Origin: Moniliella sp. 'wahieum'
Lineage: Eukaryota
Length of the DNA: 64,000 nucleotides
Direction: 5' to 3'
NCBI GenBank assembly: GCA_003971905.1
Contig: RSEE01000060.1
Span: forward strand, 62,001 to 126,000
In this document: piece after piece, positions 52,754 to 64,000 of the stretch
Layout: every line of letters begins with the position of its first letter
Numbering within the stretch: the stretch's first letter is position 1
The notes under the pieces: generated by a model
Told to the model about the DNA's origin: nothing
The model's input: only the letters and a program-made list of their open reading frames with translations
Database searches by the model: none
Made by a program: the position numbers and the translations under genes

Positions 52754-54775
52754 TCAAGGCAGGGCCGCCGCCCGAGCCGAAAGCTGACGAACTTCTGAGC
52801 CACCGAGAAGTGTGGCATTGTCGAACCGTTGAATCCCCTGGGCGGTCGAGCCACCCGGAGCAACATAGGTGATGTTGTGGCCGACCTCAGTGAGGAAGGC
52901 AGCGGTTTGGTTGGAAAAGCCAACCCAGCCCGGGATGACTGGGTCGGATTCGGCCCATTCCAGTTGCGTGGTATCCGGAGAGAGTTGGTTGTGCCAGCGT
53001 GGTTGGGCGAGCGACTGCTGAACATTAATTTCGCCCTTGCTCGAGAGAAGGTTGAAACCGTTGATGATGTTGGCCGTGATGATTTTCGACCCGCCCGCCG
53101 AGCCAATCGCAAAGAACAGTTCCCCCGTCGTCGCATTTTCTCCAATCGTGGGTGAAATGGAGGAGAGTGGCCGTTTCCGGCCGCAGGTTCGTTTGCGGGC
53201 GAAGGGGCGTACCCAAACGAGTTGGCGCCCGGCACGGCAAAGTCGTCCATCTCGTCGTTCAACAGAATTCCATCCGACGTCCACACCTGGCTACCCCAAA
53301 TCAGGTTGACCGTCGTGGTCAGCGTCACAGCGTTGCCCTGGGCATCGACTGCTACCAACTCGGACGTGCCCGCTTCCTTTGTGGCGGGGAGGTAGGCGGA
53401 AGGGTTGTATTCAGCCGCGGGAAGAACAGAGGTATCATTGATCAAGGCTGCCTTCCGCGCTGCATCCTCAGGGCTGATGAAGATTTTTTGAATGTCTGTC
53501 GCGTTCTTAACAAAAGCGGGGTCACCCAGTTCTGTACGCTCGCCATAGGCAAACTTGGTACTCTCAATCAACCGATGCAAGGTCACGTTCGAGTTGGGAG
53601 AGGTGGTGTTGATAGCATCAATGGTAGCCAAGGCAGAGAGCACAACGGTGCCCGAGCTTGGTGCGACAGAAGAGAAGACATTGTAGGACCCATTGGCAAA
53701 GGAAATGTTGTTGGCCTCGCGGACGATGGCAGTATAGTTGGCCAGGTCACCAAGGGAAAGGATGCCACCCGTAGCCTGAGCCGCGGCCACCGTATTGATC
53801 GCAATCTCGCCCTTGTAGAACGCATCGGCACCCTGTTGTTGGATGGTCCGAAGAGTTTGAGCGTACCGCGGCTTCTTGATAATGTCCCCCTCCTTGGCCG
53901 CCTGGCCCGTGGGGCAGTAAACCTCCCGGGCGTACGGCAAGCCACAGAGTGTCTCGTTGTAAGCAGCGATCTCGACGCCCAACTGGGACGGGACGCGGAA
54001 CCCGCCCTCAGCAATCTCGATGGCCTGTTCAAATAGGGTGGCCCAGGGCAACTTGCCATGCCGACTATGGAGTAGCTCCCATCCCCTCAGCTCTCCGGGC
54101 ACGCCCACTGCCAAACCACCAACGGTGGACGCATCCGGGTTGGAATTGTTGCTGTAAATGGTAGCGTTGCCGAGGGCAGGTAGCGATTCGCGAAAGTCAA
54201 TCGTTTCGTACGTGGCATTGATGCGGGCAGTGGGGTCGGAGCTATTGGTTCCTTCTGGTACAGAGCGCACGAGCATAAATCCGCCCCCACCAATGTTGCT
54301 GTGGAAGGTGTCAATGACGCCCACACAAAGAGCGGCACCAATGATCTACTCAGCGTTCAGGCTGGTTAGTCAAGCCCAGTTCCTTAACAAATAGACTGCA
54401 AGAAGATACGCACTGCGTCGGCGGCGCTCCCGCCCTTACCGAGCAAGTCAGCGCCCACGTTGCTGCAGACGTCCACTTCAGTGCTCACTGCCCCGCCCGC
54501 ACCTTGCACGGCATGCTCGGGAGCAAACCCCTGGGATTTTGCCTTAATGGCAGGCAGATCAGTGTCGTTGAGGGTGGTGTAGTTGCCCGATGGCAAGGGT
54601 GAGGCACTGGGATAGAAAACAGGGGCACTGCTGCTGGTCGTGGCCGAGGTGGAAGAGGCTGAGACGGATGTGGGAGCGGCGGAGCTTTGGGCTGAGGCTT
54701 CGTTCACATAGGGCAAGGGCGTAGCCTGGACGTAGAGGCGGCCAGGAGCAGCACCGTGGACAAGACGGCGCGCAT
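52754..54775 (-). CDS. Gamma-glutamyltranspeptidase, secreted type
   Basis: Signal MRAVLSTVLLLAA; GGSAADA, NIGGGGFMLVR, IDFRE, VGVPGELRGW, GTS, TTTVNL.WGS, LLNDEMDDF, KRPLSSISPTI, GSAGGSKII, PRWHNQL. Confidence 0.95.
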
Positions 54776-56814
54776 GCTGGGCGGGGGAGGGGGGCTGGTG
54801 GGAGAGACGAGGAAGAGAGGCGGCTGGACGGGTACTTTTTAAGTCGGCAGGCGGAGAAATTGCGTCATGGGAGAGTGATCGACAGAACTGCTGTTGATAG
54901 CAATGCACTGACCAAGCGGGCAGATATCGTATCCCCGGGCGGGGACCAGTCCGATCAGGCACTCTTCGTCAGAGCCCCCAGAAGACGAAGGCGAAGGCAA
55001 CAGGAGGTCCGTCAGCGTTCAGCGTCATCGACATCGACATCGTTCAGTACGCGCATCGATCATCGATCATAGGGAAAACGAGCGTTGGGCTTCTTCCTGC
55101 CTGTGGGCCCTCGGGGTAAAGGGGTGTAGTTTGGTGTAGTAGGGACGCTATAAGCGCCCATGCCGCTATCGGCCACTCCCATCTGGCTGCGCACGGCCCA
55201 CCCTCAGGCCCGCTGCTGCTGTTCTTGTGTGCCTTCGCGTTCGTTCTTGCGTTCGTTCGTTCGTTCGTGCGCTGCGCTGCGACGGCTGTCGATGTCGAGC
55301 ATGTCGATTTCATCGATCATCGGCATCATGCATCACAGATCATTGTAATCATTCGATGATCTTTGCGCATCCCAACCAGCACCACGGCAGTCGGGGGGGG
55401 CACAGCGCCACAGCGCCACCGCGCGCCTGCTTGGCGTGCCTGCACGCAGCGCTTCTGCTGGCCCCGTGCCTGCCGCATTCACACCATCCACATCCCTTCT
55501 CCGCCTCGCTGCAGCCACACGGTCCAACCCATGCGAGAGTCACATCGACTGTCTGCGTTGCAGCCACTGCCGCCACTGCGCAGCCCGGCGCCGATGTGCC
55601 GCGGCCCGCCTCTCGGCTTTTGTCTGTCTGCCTCGTCTGCCTATACTGTCTTTTCAGGTCTTATCGCGTTATCGCTTCCCGGCCGCCGTACCACGTGCAC
55701 CAGAATGCACCCCCCCACTTCTATTTCCGAGACGGCGGAACTGATCCGGGGAGAACACTCGCCCTTCCCCGGAGACCCTTCCTCCTCCCCTAGCGGCTGC
55801 ACCAACTCAACAGCTCCATCGTCTGGCCCTGGCCCCATGGGCTGCTTCACCATGACGCGGAGAGGAGCCCGTTTGAACGTCTTTTCACGCTCCTCAGGAG
55901 GGTACCAGCATATGTATGAACGCGAGGTCTTTTTCAGAACAACATGACCCTCAAAACACAGCAATAATTAACAACTCCCCCAAAAGAGACCATCTCGGAG
56001 GCACAACGCATGTCCCCCCATAGGGTCTCACCACTTGACAGCTGCGACGATCAAAACGATACCCGGCATCGCCAAGCGGATCACGCGCAAGGGCAACAAC
56101 TATCGACGGCTGCTGTGGGGTCAAAAAGCAGCATATACTTCTTCTATGGCTAACCCCAACACCGATCCCCCATGTCCCTACACTAGCAAACTGATTGTTT
56201 TGAGAGTAGGCCGTCTCAAGACCTCGCTTTCCTAAGACTTCGAGCGACGGCAGCCAGAGCGCCGAGATCATCTTTTCCGCCCGAGTTGATCCAGCTCTCT
56301 TCCCGGAGCGCCGTCAGAGGTGGGTAGGAGATGCGTTAAAGGGCAAAAGATTCCTAATACACTACATACTGTAGGTGCCAACCACTGATTTGGTCGGAAC
56401 TTGTGTTCCTACTCGCCCCGTCCCCACGTCTACTATATAGCCCTCCCATATACGACCACATTCATCTGGCAGACGCAGGCCTGCTTCCGTCAATGAACTT
56501 AAAATGATTAGCGAGGCCAAAGATGGGCAAGTTCACATCAGTCGGAACATTTAAACACCACAGACAGAAGAGCGAATGCGACTGTGCTACAAACTACTTG
56601 CAAATTCCAGACCACTGCCACTACCGCACAACCGACTGCGGCCAGCCAAAGACTCCTGGCGTGAAGTGCGTATTCAGAGAGAATATGAATCTGTGGCATT
56701 TCCCCTTCTATACACACCCACACGCTAGCAACACGTGGCCACGAGCATCGTGACGACGCATACTGCAACGTAATCGTTTCGGTAAACACGCATGTACTTT
56801 GCGATCACACGCGA

Positions 56815-57196
56815 TTAAAGACCAGGCAGGTTCTGGCCCGTGAGCGACTTGAAGCCCGACTCGAGACCGTTGCTGATCTCCTGGGTCTGGTTCTGGCTCA
56901 GGTCGTGGCCGAGGACCTGCTGCTCGCCGTACTCAACAGCCTTGTCAACATAGTCGTTGGTGAAGCCACCCTGCTGGCCCTGCTGCTGCTGGCCTTGCTG
57001 GCCTTGCTGGTTGCCCTGGGGCTGCTGTTGCTGTTGCTGGGATTGGAAGAGGGACTGGAAGAGGGAGATGGGGTTAGCTTTTCGTACTTTAAGGAGTATG
57101 CCTTGTGTGGGGCCATGCATCGCGCCTCCGGGACGCCTCGGCAATTGGTGACGGCAGGAGAAGAGGGGGAAAGGTGCAAAATAAACGTACGTCCAT
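56815..57196 (-). CDS. Small (81 aa) Q/G-rich fungal protein; exons 57196-57191 and 57054-56815
   Basis: ATG GAC|GTACGT..GCTAAC..CAG intron; TATATAAAA about 65 bp upstream; product MDSLFQSQQQQQQPQGNQQGQQGQQQQGQQGGFTNDYVDKAVEYGEQQVLGHDLSQNQTQEISNGLESGFKSLTGQNLPGL. Confidence 0.85.
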
Positions 57197-59388
57197 GATG
57201 TTGGAGTTGACAGTAAGTTGGTGAGGGTAATCAAGAGGAAGAGGAAGACAGAGGCGTTTTATATACCCGCCAGACACGCTTCCGCTGTGGATGGAACGAT
57301 GCACATCACGTGTGCAGTGGACGGATAAGGAACGGCGTTCGGGTGGGTGGATGGCTTGCCACAGACAAGGCGCTCGCCCTGCCGAACTGCTCGAATGTTC
57401 GTTGGACGGACATGGCGCAGACACAGCACTGGTACAGTCGCCTGCCTCGCATTGGCTGCGTACGCGTGATGATGATGCATGATGCACCGCTTTTCTAGTT
57501 GCGAGTGACTAAGTGACTCGTCCCTTGCCCGCGCGTCACTAATCACCAGTCGTTTTGATTCACCCCCGTAACAGTGGTACACTGCGATACCTTCATTGTT
57601 CATGCATCATGCATCATGCATCATGTACTCAGATGCTTCTCGGCATCATCGTGTCACCGGTCAGCCGTCACGTCACCCGTCAGCGTCACTACGCAATGGG
57701 TGGCACCCCCTTCTACTTCCGCCTAATGCATGAGTATCGAGTACCTGAGCGCATGGGTAGCCAGAACCTTGTCACTCTAACTCACTCTATAGAATCACTC
57801 ACTACCTCACTGCCTTCTCCGGCGGGGTTCCAACTATTGGGACCTATTGGGGGTGTCTTATGGCCCCTGTCTTTTGGTATGCCTCCACTTGACAGCACGA
57901 CCAGCAGATCCCCCGTCTGCTCCCACTAAACTGTTGCCATCGTCAAACGGATCTGCGATAACATCACAACCGCCACTACACTTGCCGGTCGCTGTGACAA
58001 GGGGATCACCGGTCACCGGCCGATAATTAAACGCCGTTCGGTTAGGTTAGAACACTGAAAAGGAAAAACTGCGGTTAACATGTAACACGCTGTCGAGATG
58101 GCCGCTCACAGTTTCGTTTGGTGGGTAGGCAGTCGCTGGTATAGGCCACCAGACGCTGTAGTGTCATGCGGAGGATGGCGATTTGACGGGCACAGCTGTA
58201 GAAAGGGTAAGGTGGAACGCCAAGCCGCTGAAAACGAGCATTAGAACCCGGCGTGGGGAGCAGTGTGGCCCGTTGAAGCGTAAAAATCAGATGCTCTCTT
58301 CGCGTGTTGAGAAAGCCTGAGGTCGAAAACTACGATTGTGTCTTTCGGCGGAAGCTGGAAGAGAGACTACAGAGGTAGGTATGCAGGTGGCAATAATGAG
58401 ATTGTGTAGTACGTTGCATGTGTGCACACAACGCGTCAACTGAACTGAGGGCAGGGTGTCCTGGGCCCGCCCTGATCAGGACTGACCCTCAGCGCAACAG
58501 ACCTGTTGCTGATGATTGGAGAGTATGGAGCATAGGAATTGTAAGGGTCGGGCGATACGAGTGAGACCAAGTCCCACCAAGGGAAGCACAAGATGCACTG
58601 GTAGAGGGACTGAATGAGAACAGGGTCGGCGAAGAGCAGTGACTAGTGACTAGTGAGAAGAGGTGTACCTGATTAGCAGCTATAAGAGGACCGTGATAGG
58701 AATCCTTACAAGATCGATTGGTAACTTAATCGGCAATCAGAGGGTAAATCGAGTGTGCCTATGCGACAAAATTGGTCTCGTTGAACTCGCCCTGAGCCGT
58801 CCGGGGTTGTGAAGACAACACTGATAATGAACATCGCGGATCTCAAGCTGAGGTACCGCCGACCAAAACGACCCGATCCGAATGGTGTACCATGAGAGAT
58901 CGCCCTGATTCAGCTGCTCCATTGATTCCTGGGTATCATGTATGATGGGGCCAGATAACACTGTTAGGAGGGCGCAGCTAGGTGTTGGTGCAATAGCTTC
59001 GTTCTGCTCTGGTTTAGGGTGTGAGAGCAGGAGGCCTTTCCTTTGCAGGATTGCTAGACGCCATTCGCACTTCTGAAGAGAGACACAGCAGTACTCCCTA
59101 TTCTAAAAAAGAGGGAACGGGAAAAACGGCCCGACGTACTGGACACATCGGGGCACATCGTACATCGTATACGTCCAGTAGGCTGATGAGGCGGTGGTGA
59201 TGGAGATGGGGCAACATCAAACACTATATATCACTCGGATTTCATTCACCGGTCACCTATCGCCATTTTTGAAATTGGCATTGATCATTTCGACGCGGTC
59301 ACGTTGGGTTCCGGCAGCGCGACGCGTTCACTGACCTTCATTTCTTCTTGGTTCTCTCCCCACCATCTCTGCCCAACAGCCGCTCCAC

Positions 59389-60249
59389 ATGACCGCCCCC
59401 CTTACTCCCCCGCTGGCAATTGCCAGCTCGATCACCGAGAAAGAGCAGGTGCAGGTTCATATCATGCCGTTCCAAATTGACTATTCGGGTCCCGCCCCGG
59501 TCAGCACCTTTCTTCTCCTTTCACCTGCTGAGGAAGGATTGGATTGGCGGCAGAGGTGGGGTCCGGCGTCAATTCGGAAGAGAACAAAAAGTTGAGAGAG
59601 AATGGGGAAGGACTGCCACCACTCCCTCAACTTACATCTGCATTTCGAGGAAGGCAAATGCATGCCACGCCCTTACCCCTTCCTCCAGGGTGGGGGGGGG
59701 TGTATACGAGGTACCTCCTCCCCCTTCCGCCGCCCAGGTGGTGGCACCACCAACGGCACTCCCGAGTAAGCCCAAGCCTGCACCCGCACCTGCCAGTACC
59801 AAATCCTCGGGCCACCCCAAAAAGTTTAGTCTCGATTCGGATTCGGATTCGGACTCGGACGAATCGGACGCCGAAGCCCAGCCAGGACCGGAACCGGTTT
59901 TGGATTGTGCTGCCGGTGACATGACCGCCGGACAGCTCCTCTTCTCCAACGGCTTTATCGATGAGGACGAGTCCATCATTCCGACTCCTACTCGACCCGC
60001 ACAGACGCTTACCCCTATCGCTGACTTGGCCCCGATGCCAAATGACCCGCGCAGCGCGCTTTTGGTATGGGCCGCGGACGGGCCAGCGGACGTGGGAGAC
60101 GACCGGTTCTTCCGCACTTTGGGCGAATGGCAGTCGGTTGTCATTGATTCGGTACGTCTTCTTTGCAAGAGGCGGAAAGATGAAAACTGACCCCGTGATC
60201 CCTTTGCCAGCTACAATCCTACGATGCCATCGGCCCAGAGGCACTCTAG
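59389..60249 (+). CDS. Ribonuclease H2 subunit C (Rnh203/RNASEH2C-like)
   Basis: VHIMPFQIDYSGPAPVSTF, SAFRGRQM...LPPGWGG, LVWAAD...DDRFFRTLGEW; probable intron about 60152-60210. Confidence 0.8.
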
Positions 60250-60414
60250 CCGTCCAGGGCCGCAACCTCCTCGGGGCTTTCTCTTCGCCGTGTCTCGTGT
60301 TCGTGTGCGTTTCAGTCTGACCCAGGTAAGCTGGTAAAGGTTCACGCGTTACATCAATGCGAAAATGGCATGGGTTTGAAAATGCATCGCGACCACCATG
60401 TAAGCCAAAACGAC

Positions 60415-61804
60415 TGTTGGCCTAGGGAGCCGGACGGGCAGAAGGATGAGGAGAAGGTGATGGATTGGAGCCAGAGTTGGGTCTGGGTACAGAGGCATCT
60501 ATAGGAGGCTGGACTAGGCACAGGGACAGTGAGTCACACAGGAGAGAGTGCAGGGCACAGGGACAGTGACACGCAGGGACGTCAGCGTGGAAGCCGATGG
60601 AACCGAGGCGAACCTGGTCTACCGACTGGGAGCCAGAGGATCACAGTCAACACCCCGCTGGCCAGGGAACCCGGAGACATCGGGTGGGATGAGCTCCTGC
60701 CAGTGGATGTAGAGAGGGGAGGACTTGAGTGGCAACCGGGACGAATGGCCTGGAGTTGTGCATGGCCACACGACTGGCCTACACCCCCGCTGTCCAGGAT
60801 GACACCTGAACGAGCCGAGCGCTTGTGGTTGGTGTATTGTGCGACCGCCAGATGCTTGTAGAAGTCTTAGAAGTAAAAGTAGTAGGGGTTGCGCCCCGAA
60901 GCGATTTGGTGGGCAAAAGTAAAAAGCACCAGTTATAGGTGTAGTGAAAGAAAATTGGAAACTTGGAGTAAATGCGGTCCAAGGTCGTTTGGCATCAAAA
61001 TTGGATGCGTTTGGTAGTTGTTTGGTTCCGCATGCCTGGTGCCAGTGGGGTCCATTGGGCATGGGAAATGAACGGGCGCTATGCGTCAACCGTCTTGATC
61101 TGTTTGGGTTCTCTTTGTTGTTGAAAAAGAGGAGTGGAAGAAGTTGGGTGACCACCCCCCCCCATCCTTTCCCCAGGTGCCCCGGATGAATTGGCAATCC
61201 GGGGCGTGTAGCCGGGGGGGGCATGATGAGCAGCCACCCCCGCTTTCTGCGATTCGCCTGCGCCGTTTTGTCGTTGGAGGAATTTCGTCTCGTTGACGAT
61301 ACCGACACGTTTTGTTCCGTCGTGTGTTGTCCCTAAAAATCATTGCCCCATCTGTGGGGGACGAGTGTGCCGATTGTGGCGGTAGTATGCCGATTGTGGC
61401 GGTAGTATGCCGATTGTGGCGGTAAGGTGCCGATTGTGGCGGTGGTGTTGTTGGGCGGGAGGACGGGTGTGCTTGTGGGCTTGGCGGCTTAGCTTGGGCT
61501 TGTAGGCTTGGGGGTGGGCTTGCTTGAAGAGCGCTCCCCTTCCGGGGGGATCAGATTGTAGCTCTGTTGGCCTAGGGAGCCGGACGGGCAGAAGGATGAG
61601 GAGAAGGTGATGGATTGGAGCCAGAGTTGGGTCTGGGTACAGAGGCATCTATATAGGAGGCTGGACTAGGCACAGGGACAGTGAGTCACACAGGAGAGAG
61701 TGCAGGGCACAGGGACAGTGACACGCAGGGACGTCAGCGTGGAAGCCGATGGAACCGAGGCGAACCTGGTCTACCGACTGGGAGCCAGAGGATCACAGTC
61801 AACA
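60415..61804 (-). mobile_element. Complete non-autonomous miniature LTR retrotransposon (TRIM-like); LTRs 60415-60652 and 61565-61804
   Basis: TGTTG...CAACA LTRs identical except for a 2-bp TA indel; TSD ACGAC (60410-60414 and 61805-61809); 912-bp interior with no RT/integrase; orientation inferred from the short purine tract AGCGGGG abutting the left LTR on the minus strand. Confidence 0.93.
61369..61444. repeat. 20-bp tandem repeat (GCCGATTGTGGCGGTAGTAT) x about 3.8
   Basis: Direct reading; lies inside the TRIM-like element. Confidence 0.95.
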
Positions 61805-61944
61805 ACGACGGGCCATGGCAGATGGGAGAAGGGGCATCAAATCGCAAGCGTAGACATATCGCCCCGTTTTAGACAACGGAAACAGGGCCGCTGAACGGAT
61901 GCATGGGACATGAACGATCAACCCAAGCAATCGGGTCTAAGCCC

Positions 61945-62482
61945 TTAGGCCGAGGCACGAGCCACAGCAGGGTTGACCTTTTTGCCGTCCTTGTTGAAAC
62001 GCACACGCACAGGGGGTGCGCGGTTGCGGCGGTCAACACGCGAGCGAACACGCACCGTCTTCGAGTGAATGGCGCAGGAAACGCAGTAGTGGACCTTGTT
62101 GTACAGCTTGGGCAAGGTGTACTCGGCGTACACCGAAGCCTCGCTCATGTCACGCACAGCGGCGGCCTCCACCACGTTACGGACGGTGAAGCGCTTGATC
62201 GCCTTGTCCTTAGGAACGGCGCGGGAGCAGTTCGAGCAGCGAACAAAGTTGACATGGCCACGGCCGTGCTTGTTGCGGCCACCGTTCCTGCGTTAGTCGT
62301 CACTGGCAAAGGGGAAATCAATCAGTACACAGGACAAAAAACAGCCCGACACATCGTGACGGGAAGAACATTGCACTTGAAGGACGCAGCAGGCGGCGGG
62401 ATACGCCCATTGCGAATAGGAGAGCATCCTCACGCGCACAGGCACACATTGTCACCCCATCAAGAGGAAGGCGGGACTCACT
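61945..62482 (-). CDS. RPS26: 40S ribosomal protein S26 (eS26)
   Basis: [46 protein letters not shown]; intron 62303-62481 splits the ATG (A|TG); one missing base in codon 4. Confidence 0.97.
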
Positions 62483-62844
62483 CTGGGCAAAGAGGATCAA
62501 CTTGCTGTTGGCGAGCTAGCAGATGGGACGAACGCGGCTGTGTAGGGCAGCGCCCTGGTTTCCGATGGACGCCTGGGGCAACAATAGGGTTGGCGCAGGG
62601 TTGGCGCAATAAAATGTCCTTCGTACCAGTGTTAGGTAATCCACACTCCCCCATCGCTTCAGGGGTTGTTTTAAAAAAAAACCTCGCTCGATGACCGCAG
62701 CACCTGCGAGGGGCGGAATGGAAAAGGCCAGCCATTCGCTTGCTCCACCTTCTCCATGGCGAACACGGTGTTTATGTTGCACGTAACACACACTGAGGGG
62801 TAGAACAAATCAGTATCCCATATCCCAGCGTCGAAACAAAAAAA

Positions 62845-62941
62845 TGCTTCAAAGGGGAATCGAACCCCTGTCACATCGATGTCATACGAAGGCTGGCCCC
62901 GTGCTTGGCAACGATGTAGTATACCACTAACCCATTGAAGC
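62845..62941 (-). tRNA. tRNA-Gly(GCC) with 26-nt intron at position 37/38
   Basis: Acceptor GCTTCAA/TTGAAGC+A, D-loop AGTGGT, anticodon stem CATCG/CGATG with loop TTGCCA|T, T-arm AGGGG-TTCGATT-CCCCT; T-run (Pol III terminator) immediately downstream. Confidence 0.95.
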
Positions 62942-64000
62942 TTGTGCTATTCTTTTGAACGCACCAGTTTCGCACATGCGTGCAAACGTACAAATTATCT
63001 TAGCTGCGCACTACAAAGCTCACACCCCCAAAGCCGACACTCAGTACTCAGTCTAGATCACAACGCTCAAGCTCAACCCTCTCATTCTCCGTCAAACGTG
63101 ATGATCGAGATCAGTATATGCCCCTCTGTGGTCATCCCGCCATATCTCAGCAGGGCTTACATTCGCAGTTTCTTCAATCGGCATCCACTGGCACTGCCTT
63201 TCTTGCTTTCCTCCTCCGGGTAGTCTATGTGGTTGTGTATCGTCGTTCCTCGCCTTTCGGCGGCTTCTTAATCTCCTCTGTCGCCTCTTCAATTTATAAG
63301 CCTTCTCCTCCATCGCACTTTTGCAACTCTACACAATCTCTAAAATTATCAACAATGCCACCCCCTGTTGCACCTCTCGTGTCCCATCAGCTCACGTCTT
63401 GTGCTTCTCTATGATTTCTCGTTTTCTTTAACAGAGTAAAACAACTCCATCGCGTTAGCGCACGTCATAAAGAAAAGGAGAACGATGACAAGTTCTTGAC
63501 ATTGAGTGGTCTCCTTCTTCTCACCCTTCCCCTCCTTCAATTTCACGGGCCAGGGGGGAGATAAGTCTACCACTGTCAGCACAAACCGGGGCTCACATCG
63601 GCGCTGAAGCGCTGAAGTCTCGTCAACACTTGAGACCCCCCGTCATCTCCGTAAGCAGAAAGCAGATGACATGCAGTGGATGCAATGAGAGAGGGGGGAG
63701 AACCGATGTGCAAATACAATAAGCACCCCGAACGTACCCAGAACGAGCACAGGATGATGTAGCGAACTACGGCACGTCTGTAACGGGGTGGCTGGCTTCC
63801 CAGGCGGAGACCTTCCCTGCCCATCGGAGAAAAGACTCACGGAGGACTGAACGCGTTTCAGATCCAAAGTCCAAGGCTCATTGGAGTGAACGTAGGAGGG
63901 TCGAGAGTGATGCTTTGCTGTGCGTCGAGCAAAGCCTGAACAGCGGTCTGCGAGCAGAGGTTGCGTGTGTAGGGGCTGGACGCGAAAGCGGGGAGCTCCG

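Noticed and set aside
1..59260. Palindrome chains as vector polylinker contamination or CRISPR arrays
   Set aside because: Although the hexamers are restriction sites (HindIII, SpeI, ClaI, AgeI etc.), they are scattered, degenerate and restricted to A....T types; there are no long repeats with unique spacers and no cas genes, and the context is eukaryotic.
60529..61894. Duplicated ORFs MSHTGESAGH... (also the ..AQGLD.NHHHRDC.. pair at 1252 and 45847) as paralogous genes
   Set aside because: They are chance frames within LTR copies.
4949..62482. Frameshifts in 14-3-3, RPL9, Rieske, RPS26, OPT, lipase and GGT read as pseudogenes or programmed frameshifting
   Set aside because: They hit essential, otherwise highly conserved genes without accompanying decay, often at homopolymers; sequencing or consensus indels are the simpler explanation.

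Overview
Eukaryotic, intron-containing fungal DNA, probably a basidiomycete (GT..CTRAC..YAG introns; Crz1-type, secretory-lipase and RNase H2C sequences of fungal type). Many single-base frameshifts occur even in essential genes, most consistent with an unpolished long-read assembly, so CDS ends are approximate. Recognisable genes: 14-3-3, palmitoyl-protein thioesterase with an unusual membrane/PPxY tail, OPT oligopeptide transporter, RPL9, G1-type cyclin, RPL37, Rieske Fe-S protein, secretory lipase, NIMA-like kinase, NADP-dependent MDR oxidoreductase, F-box-like protein, Crz1-like C2H2 factor, gamma-glutamyltranspeptidase, a small Q-rich protein, RNase H2 subunit C, RPS26 and an intron-containing tRNA-Gly(GCC). 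Highlights: (1) intergenic DNA is full of 7-bp-period chains of A-xy-y'x'-T hexamer palindromes joined by one base, with different palindromes chained in register; (2) a spliced 38-aa secreted CxxC micro-peptide gene missed by the ORF track; (3) a very young 1.39-kb TRIM-like LTR element plus solo LTRs of two other families, several with 5-bp TSDs; (4) ATTGCGCC and TAGGGTT motifs shared by all three ribosomal-protein promoters.
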